Part shown: one piece after another, positions 1 to 14,700 of the stretch | Layout: every line of letters starts with the position of its first letter | Position numbering within the stretch: position 1 is the first letter of the stretch | Source: Balanoglossus misakiensis | Taxonomy: Eukaryota > Animalia > Hemichordata | Direction: 5' to 3' | Assembly (NCBI GenBank): GCA_040954595.2 | Contig: CM082588.2 | Span: 1,231,935 to 1,295,934 of the forward strand | DNA: 64,000 bases | Notes under the pieces: generated by a model | Told to the model about the DNA's origin: nothing | What the model saw: only the letters and a program-made list of their open reading frames with translations | The model's database searches: none | Position numbers and translations under genes: made by a program

Positions 1-1
1 T

Positions 2-97
2 TTTGGAGCTACGAACTGGGGGCTTGCTGAAGATCTTCCAGAACTTCCAAGAAGGACAAAACCAAACACGGATGAGGATGATGACATTATGACATAG
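2..97 (+). CDS. Probable last coding exon of a gene starting left of the window (FGATNWGLAEDLPELPRRTKPNTDEDDDIMT*), unidentified
   Basis: Open frame from base 2 to TAG at 95-97, followed by ~1.4 kb of AT-rich UTR-like sequence with AATAAA signals (e.g. 1461). Confidence 0.45.
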   Translation, partial: FGATNWGLAEDLPELPRRTKPNTDEDDDIMT

Positions 98-2617
98 GGA
101 AACCCTGATTGTATGATTGCAATAACTGTGCATCAGTTTGTGTGCGTGTGTGTATGAGTGTGTGTGTGTATGAGTCGCGACCATGCCAAAATACAGTGAC
201 ATTCCCATTGGAGGAACAGCAATCAAAGTTTTGGCGTTACATGCTGAAGATTCTGTCAATGCTGGAAGTGTTGGATAACTTTTATCTTCAAGCTGTGTGA
301 GACTTTCTATAAACATAGATTAAGAAAAGACTGCACATCGCTACCACCGCAGAAATACCAAGCAAATGCTGAATACACGGATCTGTCTTCCTGTATAGAC
401 ATTTCTGCATCCATGGCAACCAGACTGCTGAAAAACGCAACACGAAAGTACAGTGCATGATCATATTCAAGTCCGAGTGAAATCAGTCATTAGCATTTCT
501 TTACAAAATGGCATTTTGCCGCTTGCATGCAGGTGTTATGTCCAAGCTTTACTGCAGTTACCATGATGACTGTATTCAAAGATTATGACTAATTAGGCTG
601 CGTGATTATGATGACTGTGTGTCTATTAGAGTGGCAGGAGTCATTTTGGGGTAGATGGGGATGTGGGATGTAGAATGGATAGGGATAGGCTGAAACACTG
701 GGCCAGAGAGTTGTCCAGCTTGTAGAGATCTAACTATTCCCACCATTATCCAAGCTGATTTTAAGAATGATGAAGTCAGAAGTGTACAGTGTAAAAAATA
801 TTGATGTATATTGCTTATTTAAAATAAAAAGGTCATTTTTATATATCCTTAAAAATAAAAAGCATTACACAGAGGACATGATGAGTACTGATAGATTTAC
901 TTAAAATATGTACTTGTTGATTCAGGAAAATGAAAACAAAATCATTCAATCATCTTGATTTTTATGATTTTTTAAATAAAAAGAAAAATAGAATTTTTCT
1001 TATATTTTCGATGTCCAACAGTGCTACTGTGTATACCAAAGCCTTGCTCTTTTGCTTGTACTTTGCATTTCAGAGCTTCTTCTTTTGTGAAATTGATTAT
1101 TTATAATATTGATTGAGAGTTTATACATTTCCAAGACTTCTAAGGTGCCTTGACTGATCTTAGTCTTTCACCCCTCATTCATGTAAATAGGGCTGACCTA
1201 GTCATTGTGAACAATAGGGTTACACCAAAACTGTGGTGTTGAAAGGGGGTAAACATATGTTTTTACAACGTGCAGTATACAATCATGTTTTCAAGTGTGA
1301 ATTCATTGTGTATTCGTCTTTCGACATGATGATGTCATTGCCCATTTGCATCATGGGTATTCTCTCTCTCTCTTTGAAACTTTTTATATTTACTTTGTAA
1401 ATTAATGTGATTTTAAATGTAATCTGTGATTTTTGTCATTGATCCTTCAACGTGCCATGCAATAAAGATTAAATGTTAATGTTTTAAAAGTGTATTAACT
1501 GATTCTGTCCTAGTCTTTTCCCTCGTCAAGTTTTCATAATTACAGTCATATTGAGACCGACTCTGTTGACTGTCTAAAGCCATAGATTAGATCTGGCATA
1601 ACTAATGATGTGGATGCCCACCAAACAACCATCTTCAAACAGTCTGCTTTCAAATACTGAAAATGGGGTCAAGCTCACCCTGACCTGAGTAATAGATCAT
1701 GTTTTGTTAGCCTTTTGCAAGTGCTACTACAATCCAAGACAAGACACGACAAGACAAGAATGTATCAGTAACGACAATCACATAATATGAAATGAGAACT
1801 TAAAATATAAAGGTGAAAAAACTGACAAAATGGTTCAGTTTTGAACCCACAATACCCAGAAGCACAATAAAGCACCAGAAAAAAAAAACATGATCCAAAA
1901 ATGGTGGATTTAACAGCAAAGTATACACCAATTTAATTTCAAAAGCAGGGCTCTTTAAATATCAAAGCTTCACCTGAGTCAAGCTTGGGCAATCACAATC
2001 AACTTGATGAGAGTTTTTACTTTCTTTTTACATGGGTCATTTGTACATAAAATGAATTGGTTTGTTGAGTCTGTGCCAAGTAGCTTTTGTAAGTTGAAAA
2101 GACTTTCGTCTGTTAGAGTCCTACAATAGTTTTCAATTGACAATTTGACAGTTAGGTTGCTTTTGTTAAAGACGCGCGCAGAACTTTTGACAGAACCCCT
2201 GGGATATTTTCTAAACTTGCAAAAATACAGATTTATATACTGGTTTCCTAAAAGGGGTAATCTCGGTAATTCACCTCTGCATCTTGTGTTTACTCTCAGT
2301 ATTATTAAAGAACTACAGCTTTTATAAATGTTATGACTTGGTCTTTTGTGTTGAACACTTCAATTCAGTCCACACACACTTCTATTCTTGCCCACCCATA
2401 TCAAGCTGCCACCCCTCCCAAACAATACAACCAACCGGGAAGTGGATGTCCATTTCACCGGTCACCCCGTGTCACGTCACTACAAACAGTTGTTGCCATT
2501 TTTGCGTAGTCTGCTGTGAATGGTAGCAGACAAGTGTAAGGTCCGAGTCAGCGCTGGGGGAATTTGTATATTTTTGTTCACTCGCGATCGCCGTCTCTGG
2601 ATTCTCTGTATGAAGCC

Positions 2618-2705
2618 ATGATTTGTCCCAGATGCTTCGATGATGTCGGTTCAGAAGATGATCTCCAAATGCATTACCTTTCGAGCTGCAACGGCAGTCC
2701 GCCAG
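2618..2705 (+). CDS. Candidate first coding exon encoding a C2HC (UBZ-like) zinc finger
   Basis: MICPRCFDDVGSEDDLQMHYLSSCNGSPP followed by CAG|GTAAA; phase 1 matches the acceptor at 13209; CpG-enriched context. Confidence 0.65.
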
Positions 2706-5700
2706 GTAAAATTGGAAACTGATTTTGACGTGTCGATTTCATTCATCATGAAACTGACATTCTCCCCGAGGAACTCATCGCGATCGGTAGCGTTGTAAAA
2801 CATTGTGATCACCGATGGCATTTTTTTTCTCATGTACAGATGATCAACTGACGGGGGATGCAGAGGTAATATTTCGATGGTACAAAACAGTTCCAGTTGA
2901 TGAGGAAACGACAGAAGTTTTTATGCTGACATCTTTTGGAGAGGTGAAACATTTACTATACCAGTACACAGTAGTAATGTAGTGGTCTATTGGACAAGTC
3001 CAAACCCACCATCATCGGACACTGTATTTAATAATTTATGGGAAAAAAATGAGGCGTGAAATTTTCATGGCGGTAGCCAATCTCACATTGATTAAAATCA
3101 TAAACTAATCAAGTTTAATTGTTATTTGTTAGCTTTCCGATAACAATCAATTAATCTTTGTGTAAACTTGCTTGGCTATTGACTGTAATGGTGCCACTTC
3201 AGATAATGTTACCCAGACTATGCAGACAGTAGAGCGAAATAACCCAGACCAACGTCTGTTGTTTTTCGCATCACTGACACTGTATTCTCTATGGTCACTC
3301 TATTACTGGTCATTAGGTTTCAGTAATTTGTTCCACGTTTATTCAATTTCTGTCAAACGCCCTCTGCAAAAGGACAAAAGTGAGACGTTTCTGCTTTCAA
3401 ACAAATGATCCGTTTTGCGTTTATTGTGCTATTTGCTTTTCAGAACGTCTGACTTCTCCATAGGCAGTTGGCCTGAGGACATTGATCTGACAATGGAAAA
3501 TAAAGAAAAAAAATTCATGTGAAAATTATAAAAAAAATTAAACCTTTGCCATATACTGGATCAAGGAAAGTTAGGGGGGGGGGGGGTTACAGACAGACCA
3601 TAACTACTGTCCTGGACTAGTAGTAACATGTATCTTACAAAACCATTCAGGACCATTGTTTTGTTTTTGTGAAATTTACCAAGGCAAATGAGGCGACTGG
3701 TCAAAAAATTTGGCCCTTGTCCTCAATGATTGGTTTGTTCAGGTGATCTCTGGCCCCATTGTGTGCAAACTCACTGACTCTGAATACATGTCACCATGTT
3801 TTCATATTAAATGATTATGGTACACTTCATAACCGACATCGTCGCTGGTCATCAGATCTCCCAAGAGACACTGTTGCATTGTGTTTCACCTCACACCCCT
3901 AATGCACATTGATAGTGTTACAGTCGGGCTGAAACGTGCGAGGATAAAACCGATTTTGTTGTTGTTGAAAACTTGCCAAATCCAGCCGTGGATCAAGAAA
4001 TACTACATGTCACATGTATCTGATTGATAGGGTTGCCATGGTGACTGAAGTACTTCAACTGATCAAATCTGTGTGAATGGCAAATTCGATTGGCCGAAAT
4101 TCAAGAAGGGTGAGGTCATAGGTCATATAGTTCAAAACAATCAGTCAAGTACATGTTACAACATTTCTTTTAAGAAAATAACGATTTGCAGAGTTGGAAG
4201 AATGGTTTAATCTGAATATAAATTGCTGAAATTAAATTCCTGTGGTGTTACATTGCCTGAATATGTCATGAATTATAAAGCACCTTCGCTGATAAAGCAG
4301 GGAGGGTTGGCGATTGTACAAGTTTGTCGGTCGGTCCTCATAGTAACGTTAATCACTTTTTGATTGGCGTTGCCGAGGTTACGAGTAGGTCTAGAAGTAA
4401 CTATGCTGCAGGTCTGGTGTGCACAGAAGTGTGACTTCAGCTGTCTGTGATTTTCTGTTGGGTTGACCCGTCCAGCATATTGCTAAAATCGCTTTGCTAT
4501 GTTCTCATATTTTCCCAGCAAAATGATCAAATTTGTCACTTTTGCATACTTGTACAGTCAGGTTGAATCATGAACTGCTCAATAAAAACTGCAGGTACAG
4601 TATGTGGCAACATGTACTTGTACATCACAGAGCTACTTGACACTGTTTAACTTTAAGTATGCCTATCTCAATTGTGCAAGCAACATTTATGCAGATTTGT
4701 CACCAGCTTCTGGATTTAAACGTAATTTTAAAGGGGCTTTAATTCAGGAAAAGATTAAACCGTAAAAGAATGAGTGTCTCTGTGCGACATTCCAGAATAT
4801 CTTAGAAGAAGTGCCCTAAGTAAAATATGCAGCCTTGTTTTCATTGTTACAGAACATGTCCATGCTTGGGTTTACCCATTTGCTTGTAAACAGCGGGTAT
4901 TATACCCAAAATAATGGGCTTCCATGGTATTGTTTGTCTTTCATGGTGACTGGTTATTGTTGTCGGTTTATTTAGGCTCACTCACCCATGTCCACAGCTT
5001 CTGCAGTTTACTGTAGACGTTCGAACCGTTGAACGAGCGGGCGGCGATTTCAATTTATATTCCATTCTGGTTTTAACTGTGAATTCAATGTCTTCAGGAG
5101 TTTTGGACTTCAAAACTGTGGAGTCTCATCTTTTCTGACTATCAGTGAAGTATTTGTTCAGAATATCTGCGTGGAAATATTTAGTAGTATGGCAACAGTT
5201 TTAGATTAGATTAAAATGGGGCTAACAGCCTGGTGGCAAATTGGTATCATTTTGTGGACATAGGTAAATGGCCAGGTTGGAATGGTTTTGTGGTTGAAAA
5301 TCAGTGATAAATGTCCCTTGACCTATTTTTACAGTCATGGTTGCCTTGAACAGAGGAAGCATTTCACAAAGACTACAATGAAAGTAGTAGGAAATTATAA
5401 ATTTAGCAGTGATAATCATTTTGGCATAAATAATTTAGTAAAGGAAATTTCTGTGAAACCAGTTCATGAATATTTAATCAGGGTTCCACCAATTATGGAA
5501 ATCCCAACGGTCTAGTTAATATAATTGCAATAAATGGCACTACTGCTGTCTGATGGCTTTTAGTGCTTTGTGATAAGCATGAAAGAAATAAAAATATTCA
5601 GATGATTGAACCAGAAAATAGCAATGTCCGGTGAAATTTTGTATCTTTTGAAATGAAATGTTTTGCCTGTGGCAGATCCAAACGACTCAGATTGTTAATT

Positions 5701-8700
5701 CAAAATGTTCTTACAATAATATCGGTACACTGTTCTGTAAATTGCAAGAATCGAATCCAGTCAATGATTGTGTTAAATGGACAGCCATGAAAATACAAAA
5801 TGCTGGTACGACTTAGTTTGACCTGTAACAGCTGTGTTTTATGAATTATCAAACACTGGGCATGGTCATGCGTCCATGGCCACATATCCAATATGAATAT
5901 TATTTTTTTCTGGCTGTCAAGTCTACTGTCAGTGTCACACATATTCTAATGTTGTTATGGCAACCAGAGAACCATGGGTTTCACCTTTCACTACTGTACA
6001 CATATCCATTCTCTCTCCAGGGTATGTGACTTACTATTTTCTGTTTTAATTTTTTGGATAACTAGGGAGACCCAGTTTCTCTGAAGTGGAACTCCCAAGA
6101 AGTTCACTTCCAGTCAGAGGTTCTTCTGGTTGCCCCGGGAAACCACCAGTGCCAGCTTGTGATTGGTGAAGACGTCCATGAACTGACCAAATTTAGCATC
6201 AAACCAGCAACCAAAGAGATAACACTAACAATCAAAAGTGGTAAGTCGGTGAATGCTCTTAAAGTCAAAGGACAACTCCAAAGGACTCCGGCCCTTCTAC
6301 AAGGGAGTTTTGGTTTAGTCCTGTTGTTTTCACTACATGGTTGGACTCATATATTTGTAAAGGGGGTACTCCACGGTCCCTGGCAACAGGCAGATTTTGA
6401 CCTTAAAATTTGGGTCGGAGTGTAAACGGAACAAATTGATAAAACTCATCAATCAATCAGTCAGTCAAGTTGGTTATCAAGTTCCTGTGGCTTTGGTATT
6501 GTCATTAGTGACTGAGGCTTGTGCAGTTACACTGTGCAAGGTTTTCACTGTGGCTTTTAAACACACAAGTTAGTCTCGGTTACCCAGACTCCTCTGCTTC
6601 TTCCGTTGGCTAGGTAACCGAGACTAACACACAAGGGTGATCTATATGGATGTATCATTCACTGTATTCATATTTGCATAAAGTCACTGTGGTAGACAAC
6701 ATGCTACACTCACAGACTTTCAAAATAAATCATTTTTGACTCTCTGTTGTTTTGGCACTTGTCCAATGACCATACAGCGTTGAAAGACACCAGTTTCTTA
6801 TTGCTGTCATTGGACATGTCCTGGCTGTCACTTCTACCACAGTTGCTAGGAACTGTGGCATTATGGTCACCATGGTGATATAGCAAAACATGCCAGCTTT
6901 CTAAGCCTGCAATCAGCAAGTATCTGACTACATGTAATTATTTTTGTCAGAAACTGATATTTTCTATATTTAAAGTTTTTGAAACTATAAATCATTAATG
7001 TTTTGAATCTAACACAAAAGTTGAAGAACCAGCTTACACTCAAAACTGGAAAGTACACTTGCTACAAATCAAAACAGATCACCAACCAGGAAGACATCAT
7101 CATGGTTCACGGTATCACATAGATCTCGTTGAATTGTCAGATCCCCTGAAGCCACAGACAGCTTATCTAATAGGACTCCTCTTTATCTTTTCCACTGTAC
7201 ACACGTGACCATGCATATTGATTTTTTCTGATGAGGACAATGATCAACTGCTTATTTATGTGTCCTGTAATTGTTTCATTGACAAGACAATGTTTGCTTT
7301 TTTGTCACTGGGAATCCTATGCCCTGGTTTATTGATTTTTGACCGCTGGTCTGCACAAAAATTGACTTAATCATTCAGTGACAGTTTTACTGTTTATCAT
7401 CTCAATTCTTCCATCAAAAAATAACAGTAAAGCTGTAATTTAACGTAGATGTTTCTCAGAAACTAAGAAACATGGAGAAAGTCTTTTCATTTTGATATTC
7501 TTACGCAGGCCACACATGCAGAAGAGGTGATGCAGACTGCAACCCTTGAACTCTAACTGTTATAATCCCCCAACCAATCAAAATGAGGACAAACCATTTT
7601 GCAAAATAGGGTGGCCAGACTGTAGAAATCAACAGGTGTCTGCAGCAGTATATGATGTGTATACTGAGAACTGGTTGATTTTTTTAAGTACTACTAGTAA
7701 AAATAAAGATGTAAACTTACAGGAAGTAATTTGCCACATTGGAAGGCTCTTCAAACAGATCCAGATGCAGTAGCAAATGGCATGCTTATACCAATTGTGA
7801 AGCATTTTGTGTTTGGTCACTGATGGCTTGAAGTTCTGTAGATCAACTTTTCACTAGTCAGTTGAACTTCTTTCAGATCTTGCTGCTCTTGCTTCAGCAT
7901 CACTCCACCTTGTACCTAGAGGCACAATAAACCATAATGCATTACTGTATATGTAATGTGATCTTTACAACTCAGGTAACCTTAGAAGATAAAGGTCTAT
8001 TCCAAGACCACTTCAGGGCAACAATCTTGCTTTGTTGTGGTGTTTATTTCTGATGTTGAAAAGGCAAGTTAAAAAGAGAAAATGTAACCTTTGTTTGTAC
8101 ATTGTCGGGGTATTGATATCAGGGTATAATTTCAGTAACTGACTTTTACAGTATCTGCTCAAACCAGACTCAGAATCAACTGTCAAAAATAAAAACGGGG
8201 ACATTCAAATATTCAGGGTAAATATTTGGTCTGAATTGCAATACAGCCATAATGATTGACATTCTTATTTATTGTAAGCTTCCACACTCCCTGGTAACCA
8301 TGAAACTGTTAGTGTTAGTTAACCTTTAACCCCTTTTATGATTTGCACACACACTTCAGAGGGATTCCCTCATTCCCAGCCTCTCTTCCAATCTCATTTG
8401 AATATGCATAATTTATGTTAATGAAGAGAAAGTCTGATAGCTACTCATGTGATCACTATGTTAATTATCACATCACAGGTGCTAGACAGGTATGTAACAG
8501 ATCAAGATATTCTTAACTATAGTTGAATCTCTTTTTCATTTTACGAAATTAATTTCTGCACATTTTGAGAATTTTTATGAACATCTACCAGTACCGTTGT
8601 TTCCATTTTCAATGGGTTTAGACACTGTAAATGAGCAGTCACAGTTTAACAATGAAAGTCATCAACTGTCAGTCTTAAGGTGACAATACCAGAAGGGTTG

Positions 8701-11700
8701 TAATCAGTTTAAATTCCTAATATGGACAAGCATAGCTCATGACATGAAGTCTGGTGTTTTGGTCTCATTCATTTGTTTCATTCATTCGTACAAAAACATG
8801 TTTCTGGAAAGTGATATTTGTTCAGTTTAGTGTTTCCAGATAAGCAGATCAGCAGCCAAAGAAAAAATATAATATTGAATGTGATGACTGACATATTTAC
8901 ATAATACTGTGTACTATACCAAGATCCCTGCAGAAGCAAAAAGCTTTAGCCTTTCCAAGCATTAAACATTTACTTGTTTCATTCATAATATTTCTCTCAA
9001 AAGGCTTTCACGCATACATGCATGAGAAAATATCGCAGCTTAGCTTTCCGACGCCGATTATTCACAGAGAAAATGGAGCCGCATTGGAATGGTGAGTCTG
9101 CTGAAGTTTGCAAACAAGCTTAAAGCAAGCAAATCAGTTTTAAAAAATAACAGGAATGTGCGACTTCATTCAAATAAGAAACTTGTTGAGACCCTAGAGG
9201 TTACAAAGAAGGTATGAATTAAACACAAGTTGATGCATTTCTGGCTTTTCTGAACCACAGAAATTACGCAGAATTTGGAAACCATGAAATTTCACCAGAA
9301 ACTAATTTCAGGAAAAATGCTGTTGGTTCTACTTGGCTGAAAAAAACCACAGTGGAGATTTGATAGTTTGGGGCACACAATGATATTTGCATAAGGTAGA
9401 TCGAATGTGTCAAGACTTGTTTTTTAACTGTTTAAACTTTGTGTCTTGTGGCGAGCTCTGACTGTCAAATTTCTAATTCTCAGATTTTGGGTGTTGAAAA
9501 TGTGTGTCATAGAATTTTTGTTACTGACACTGTGAGATTTTCCTTAATTCAGTTCAGTGCTTCTCCTAATCTCAGTTTTGTATTAACATTACTTCAATCG
9601 TGTTAATGTACCACCACAATCCTATTCACGGAGATCTGATTCAGTTTGGCCAGCTGCCAGAACCTTGTGTGTCTAACATCCACAACAAGCGTTGTTATTG
9701 AACACTGGTCGGAGATTACACACATGTGACGCTATATTGTAGATTTAAATGCAGGCAATGCCTAGGTAGCACTATCTCTGTGCATTTGTAAACTATGTGT
9801 GTAAAGATTGCAAAAGATATATGTTGAGTCAGATAACAAAGGTGCAGATAAGAGCTTGTAGTCGCAAAAGACACCTTGCTACTTTGCTTTTATGCGCTCC
9901 TACCTGTTTTTCTCTGCTCCATCATTTCGGATCACTGCCTCATCAATTTTACCATGCGCTTCCAAATTTTTACCAATTACTTCTGAGTTCTATATTGCAC
10001 CCCTGCAAATAAACAATTGGGAAAAAAGTAAATTTTGCTTACTTCAGTCAAAAATACCAAAATTGTTTGCTGTCAAAAAGGTGTTCGCTAATGCAAAGAC
10101 TTGTAGTTTCCTGTATGCAACAGTGCAGACAGAAGAAGTTGGTTTTTACTGTCTGAGGTGGCAGTATTGAACTTTTTTCAGAACTACAGTTGCTGGACTT
10201 TCCAACTTAGTATTTGAGAATGTGATTACAACAATTTTAACCACAAGTGTCTCTATGTTATCTCCTCTAAATCATCTAGCGTTGTCTGTCACCATGACTA
10301 CAGTCCGATCTTCATTTAGATAGTTCCCATCCATCACCATGCATTCCTTTACCTGTCAATGTGCTGCAAAGGTCATTTAAAAGCATGTTGAGTTGAATTG
10401 GTCAATCCCTGTTTCTCCAGTGAAGTGGAACGACCCTGAAAGAAAAAAAATAGCGTGGTATCAAATTAATACTTTTATATTTGTTTGTAAATTTGAAAAG
10501 AATGAATTGAAAAGTTGGAAATTCATGAGATTTAACAACAGAAATCAATTTCAGACGTAGAAGGGAAGTTATACTTTATAAGTTTATTGTGTATAAGCAC
10601 CTTGGCAGTCTGCCATATTGTTGAACAAAAATTTGACAAAAGGCCAACCCCCCTAAACATGGCTAGAAGGTGCAAATTGGCTTGGGCTTGGTCACATGAC
10701 CTTTTATGCAAACAGAATGCCCTCGGTTTTTCGGCGTGTGTGTGTGCGTTGAAATTGCAGCTTTGTTGTCGAACCAGGGGTCGTGCCTTGCCGCGGTGAG
10801 GGGATTTAAATATTTTCTAGCTGGAGATATCGGGGGCTGACTTGGTAATATGTTTACTCCGATTCGAAAGCCTGAAGATGAATTGAGAGGTAGGATTTAC
10901 TGTGGGTTTTAAAAGTTTCTGCGCAGGTGTCAAAAATGATATCCCCTTGCATTCAACCTGCACTCACCTTTGTTGCAAATGTGTGGGCGGTGATAACATA
11001 TTGAGAGGTGGGTTTGCTGAACTTGAAGGTTTCAATTTGTTATTTGCAATTTTTGATTTATCGTAACTCTGGGGCTGAATGACACCATTTGTGGTGAATT
11101 TTGGTCAGTGACTGCTCCCTTGGTGTTCTTTGATGCAAGTGTTTGTTTTAGAACACATTCTTTGACCATTGATACAGACCTGTGCAGGTTTCAGATTGTG
11201 AGGAAATGTGTTTGAGCATGTCTGCGGGGGTATTAAGACCGTGTAAACAGATACAGACGATTTCATGGATCACCGAGGGCCAGTGTGTCAAATAGGAGAG
11301 GTGACTCACACGTTATGTTGTCATCTGTCATGCCCTAGCTGTGATACTGTGGCCCTGGTTTGACTTTGAGTTTTCAAGTCATCGACGTAAATCATACTGG
11401 CACATTGGCCACACAATATTGTTCTGGCATACAATGTTGGCTCTTTCAATGAAGTTCTACCAAGGAACGGCCATGGGTCTCAAAACGACCTTCAACCTTA
11501 AATGTGGTCAACACACTTTGACCAAAATGCAGGCTTATTCACCTGGTACTGTAATTTTACAACCCAAATGCTCACATCCATACTAACCTGGACCAAACTT
11601 CCACAATGTTTGGAGATAAATTAAACATCTTTTCCCAATAAAACACTAGCTACCACTTCAAGATAAACTTCTACATGTTTAAAAGTATGTAGTCTGCAAA

Positions 11701-14700
11701 AGTAGGTCTAAATGTAACGTTGAAAATGTCACACCTGCTCTTGTTTCTGACATTGAAAAAAAAGTCTTCCATGCATGCCTTCATGTCGTAAGTTCAGAGG
11801 TCAATGTAATACTGTAGGGACAACCTCCCTTAATCACCATAATAATCTGTATATTTGCATAACAACAGTTTCCGTAACAACCCGAGAAGCTACCTATACT
11901 GTTCGTGGCAGCCATTTTGTGTTTTGTAATGCAAATGAGCGTCCATTCAAAGGCCGAAACTGACAAGCATTGCTTTGTCGCTGGCTATCAAATATTTTTG
12001 ATCGGCCGCACTGGCCGTTATTAGGTGACCTCAACGCGGTGGATTATGCTGCTCCGGCCTGCGGGAGATCGGTGGTAAGCTAAATTTGTTGCATTTTGCA
12101 GGCTCAGTATTTCTGAGGGAAGATAAACACCTGATGTGTCTGTTGCTTAGAGCATGTTTATTCCGTTGTGGCCGAGAGACCTGACATGGACTTTTAAGTG
12201 TGTATGTGTACAGCGATCACCATGGAAGTCTTATCATGGCATCGGACAGTAGCATAATTGTTTTGTGTGACAATGGCCAACTGATCACACTGTGACAAAA
12301 ACTGAGAACATCTTGATTCAGAATGTGTCAATTAATTGCCTAACTGTCTTAGGCTATGGGGGTGAGAATTGATTGTCTAAACCTGTTAGTGTAACTGTCC
12401 TTTATCTAAATGTAATAGCAGCTGGGGTTGATAAGGAAATGAAACCAGAATTTGTAGTGCAGGTCATAGTTTTAAATGCTACAAATCAACGTAGGACTAT
12501 CATGGTCACAATTAAAAATGCAAAACAATTGGTTTTAATATCACAAAGCTAATATGTGGTTGTTGTGTTATCAGACCTCAGGTGAATAATTTGATTGTTT
12601 CCACACAATTCATGATACCGATAGTCTTCATCAAGGGGCTTTAATTTTTTTTTTATAAAGCATACCAGCGTGGTCATTATGTTTGCTTGCTCTGGGTCCA
12701 GCAAAACTCTTGGCCTGTGGCCAGAATCTGTGGACGCTTGGTTTGGGGGAAATTTATGGCCGTAATAATCACTGTTGGTGAATGCTTGCTACATTGTAAA
12801 TGTACTCCATTGTGGCCGTGATCCCACAGGATTTAATAAACTAGACAGTTCTCCATTGAGAATACAAGTCTTTGTTGTATTCTGTTCGCTGTTTTTTGTC
12901 ATTTTCTGAAAAAAGCTAAAAATTATTGTCAGCCATGTGACCTTTGGTACTTGTCAATATTTAAGGGTTGTATGCATGTATGGGAATTCTCATTCTTAAT
13001 TGTTGGTGGGTGATGGGTGTTGTAACACAGGGATAGAACACAATGCATTACAATATATAGTGTCACATCGTTACAAAAATATCCAGGGACCTAGTGAGAT
13101 CAAATGTAACCCAGTAAGTGCCATGCATAGATGAAAATGTCCTGAAAAAGTCATATTCAGGCTAGCTTGAGAATTACTCGTGGAATAAGAGTTCATTTTA
13201 TTTTTGCAGAATCTGAAAATCTAAGGGCAGGGGAAAGCACAGACCTGGTGACAGAACCGACAACAATTATACGGCCAAACGTGGTGACAGACAGTGTGCC
13301 AAATGGTGAGTCAGTGAACGGCGAATCTAAAGACAGAGAGGCTTCAGAGAGCAGGCCTTGGAAAGCCACTGGAATTTATCAAAAACTGTTGAAACAACAA
13401 CTGGAGAAAACAGAGACTAGTCTAGCGGAAGAGTTTGACTTATCCGGAGACGGGAATAACAGAATGTCGGAGACAGGACTTGATGATCAGGCTAGACCCG
13501 GAAGTCGGGGGTCGAGGGGAGACGATCCTCCCCCAGGAAGTGACAGAGTGTCAGAGCGTGGGAGTGCGGCAGGTAGCATCCATGACAGTTGGCAGGGCCG
13601 AAATGGCGGCGATGCGGCCAGCGACCAAGAAGTTGCACAGCTGTTTGAAATGAACGCTGGACGTCGGCGGTCAGGCCAAGAAAATGCGGAACAAATGTTC
13701 GAGACCGGATCGCACAAATCCAAGTCCTCAGTTTCCAGTTCTCAAAGCTCCTCTAAACACAGTCAGAGACCCGGATCAGCCGGAGCACCCAGGCCGGGAA
13801 GTCGGGAGAGGTCTGGATCAACAGAGAGGCCAATGTCCCATCCACAGATGAGGGAATATGCTGGAAGTGATCACGGAAGCAGAGCATCGGACAGACCTCC
13901 TTCCGGGAGAAGCGACGACAGGGGAAGCGCCAAGAGTCTCCAGAGGGAACCGTTAGTAACTCAAAGAACATCTCCGATGTCAGCAGCTTCAAGTCGGAAA
14001 TCATCCGGGGCAAGTGGACCTGTTGTAACGTCACTGACCAATGGCACGCAAGAAGAGGGATTCAAGCTGGTAAGTGAGCACTAGTACAGTCAGAGTCTTT
14101 ACTGCTGATTGGTCGATAAATTATACCTAAACTCTTCCTATACTCTGAGACAATGTAGCATGTGTCACAGTACTCTCTCTGCATAGTGAGACTTTGTTAT
14201 TCACTGTATAAAAATGTTCAATTCAATTTCTTTCTCAGGATGATCCCAGACGAGTTACTGACCTGATGGAACAGATTGCTCTGCTGAAAAGATGTCTAGG
14301 AGAAAAAGATCTTGAGATTGCCAGGTTAGAGAAAGAATTGGAAGAAACCCAGCAAACGAATAAAACATTACTGGAGGAAAGAGAGCACGTTGTTCGTGAG
14401 ACGTCGTCAGCTGCAGTTGCCAAAAGAGAGGTAAAATGTTATTTTGATATTTCGATCGTGAATGTGTTTTAATGATCGATCCAAAGCATCATGAGTAAAT
14501 AAATGTCATTATCTGGATTGGCATTGTAGCACGACAAAAGGTTCGACGAGTTGCTCAGGGAAAAAGAAAACCTCATCACTGAAGTCATCCATTTGAAGAA
14601 AGAACTCGAAGAGGGTCAGAGACACAGTAGAAGTGAAGAGAGCCCCAGATCAAGCGCAGCCGACCAAGTTCCAGGAAGCCTAGAGTTCAACCCAAATGAT

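Noticed and set aside
560-630. SECIS-like element in the upstream gene's 3' UTR
   Set aside because: ATGA and AAA are present, but the stem length and pairing do not fit.
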